A DNA stretch of 34,043 nucleotides from a virus (taxonomy: Duplodnaviria; Caudoviricetes): the IMG/VR virus record IMGVR_UViG_3300032269_000057, positions 1-34,043 of that record. One strand, given 5' to 3'. The first letter of the stretch is position 1. Each line of letters begins with the position of its first letter. This document shows, piece after piece, positions 33,539 to 34,043 of this stretch. The position numbers were made by a program, and so were the translations under genes. The notes under the pieces were generated by a model. That model worked only from the letters and a program-made list of their open reading frames with translations, had not been told where the DNA came from and searched no databases.

Positions 33539-34043
33539 TGTAACTATTTGCGCTATAGACTCAGCACAACCTGAATTAGCTAAAAAAGCCATAGAAAGAA
33601 GCAAACGACACATTAAATTTGGTGGTGAATTGTTTATTGACCACATGAGTATTAATAGCAAACAAGCCTATAGCAAATTTATGCTTCAAGAGTTGCATAA
33701 ATACATCCATACGGAGTTTGTTTTGGTAGTGCAATGGGATGGGTGGGTAATTGACGCAAGCGCTTGGCAACCCCAATTTTTAGATTATGACTACATAGGC
33801 GCAGTATGGCCTTGGCATCCTGAAGGGTTGCGTGTTGGCAATGGAGGGTTTTCCCTTAGAAGTAAACGACTTTTAGAGTTGACTGCAGAACCAAAGTTTG
33901 TATATAAAGACTTAAATGAAGATGACCTTATTTGCCATGTAAATAGGGACTACCTTGTAAGCAATGGAATTAAATTTGCGCCAGAAGAATTAGCAAGGTA
34001 TTTTTCTTATGAAAGAGAAATGTCAAACTTGCAAACCTTTGGC
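33525..34043 (+). CDS. DUF5672-like (glycosyltransferase-like) protein, 184 aa, continues to position 159
   Basis: QWDG, YDYIGAVW, VGNGGFSLRS, NEDD, FAP..LA..FS.E, FGFHG motifs; missed by the ORF track because it wraps. Confidence 0.85.
   Translation, partial: MKLSNVTICAIDSAQPELAKKAIERSKRHIKFGGELFIDHMSINSKQAYSKFMLQELHKYIHTEFVLVVQWDGWVIDASAWQPQFLDYDYIGAVWPWHPEGLRVGNGGFSLRSKRLLELTAEPKFVYKDLNEDDLICHVNRDYLVSNGIKFAPEELARYFSYEREMSNLQTFG
33921..34043. repeat. Terminal direct repeat, identical to 1-123
   Basis: Exact sequence identity. Confidence 0.97.

Noticed and set aside
455-33776. Many alternate-frame and antisense ORFs in the track (for example 8893-9279, 15601-16020, 26584-27054, 23348-23686)
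   Set aside because: They overlap well-supported genes and lack RBS or motifs; only the nested o-spanin has independent support
33921-34043. Biological T7-like terminal repeat
   Set aside because: The repeat falls mid-gene and looks like an assembler circular overlap; physical genome ends cannot be inferred
1-34043. Stop-codon reassignment
   Set aside because: Long genes are intact in the standard code and TAA, TAG and TGA all end genes

Overview
The window is a complete, circularly assembled genome of about 33.9 kb from a tailed dsDNA phage: bases 1-123 equal bases 33921-34043, and one ORF reads across the join. The morphogenesis module is podovirus-type (terS, an inserted N4/N6 DNA methyltransferase, terL, portal, tail fibre block, glycosyltransferase, scaffold, major capsid, adaptor, tail nozzle, GNAT, three ejection proteins, Gly-rich fibre). 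The lysis cassette (holin, nested spanins, GH108 endolysin) points to a Gram-negative host. The early region is lambdoid-like and divergent: Cro-like gene rightwards; ERF, SSB-like and PD-(D/E)XK nuclease genes leftwards. I found no cI, integrase, polymerase, primase or helicase. The most striking unexplained features are non-coding. (1) A three-way-junction RNA at 31211-31266 has a loop that is the exact complement of the AAGGGGAAA ribosome-binding site of neighbouring early genes. (2) It is flanked by a pseudoknotted element and 21-bp iteron-like repeats. (3) A highly structured RNA-like region of about 200 nt lies at 171-370. Also notable: a glycosyltransferase whose conserved N-terminus has no canonical start codon, five inserted domain repeats in the tail nozzle protein, and near-total avoidance of GATC and GAWTC. 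All family calls are by eye from motifs; no database searches were run.
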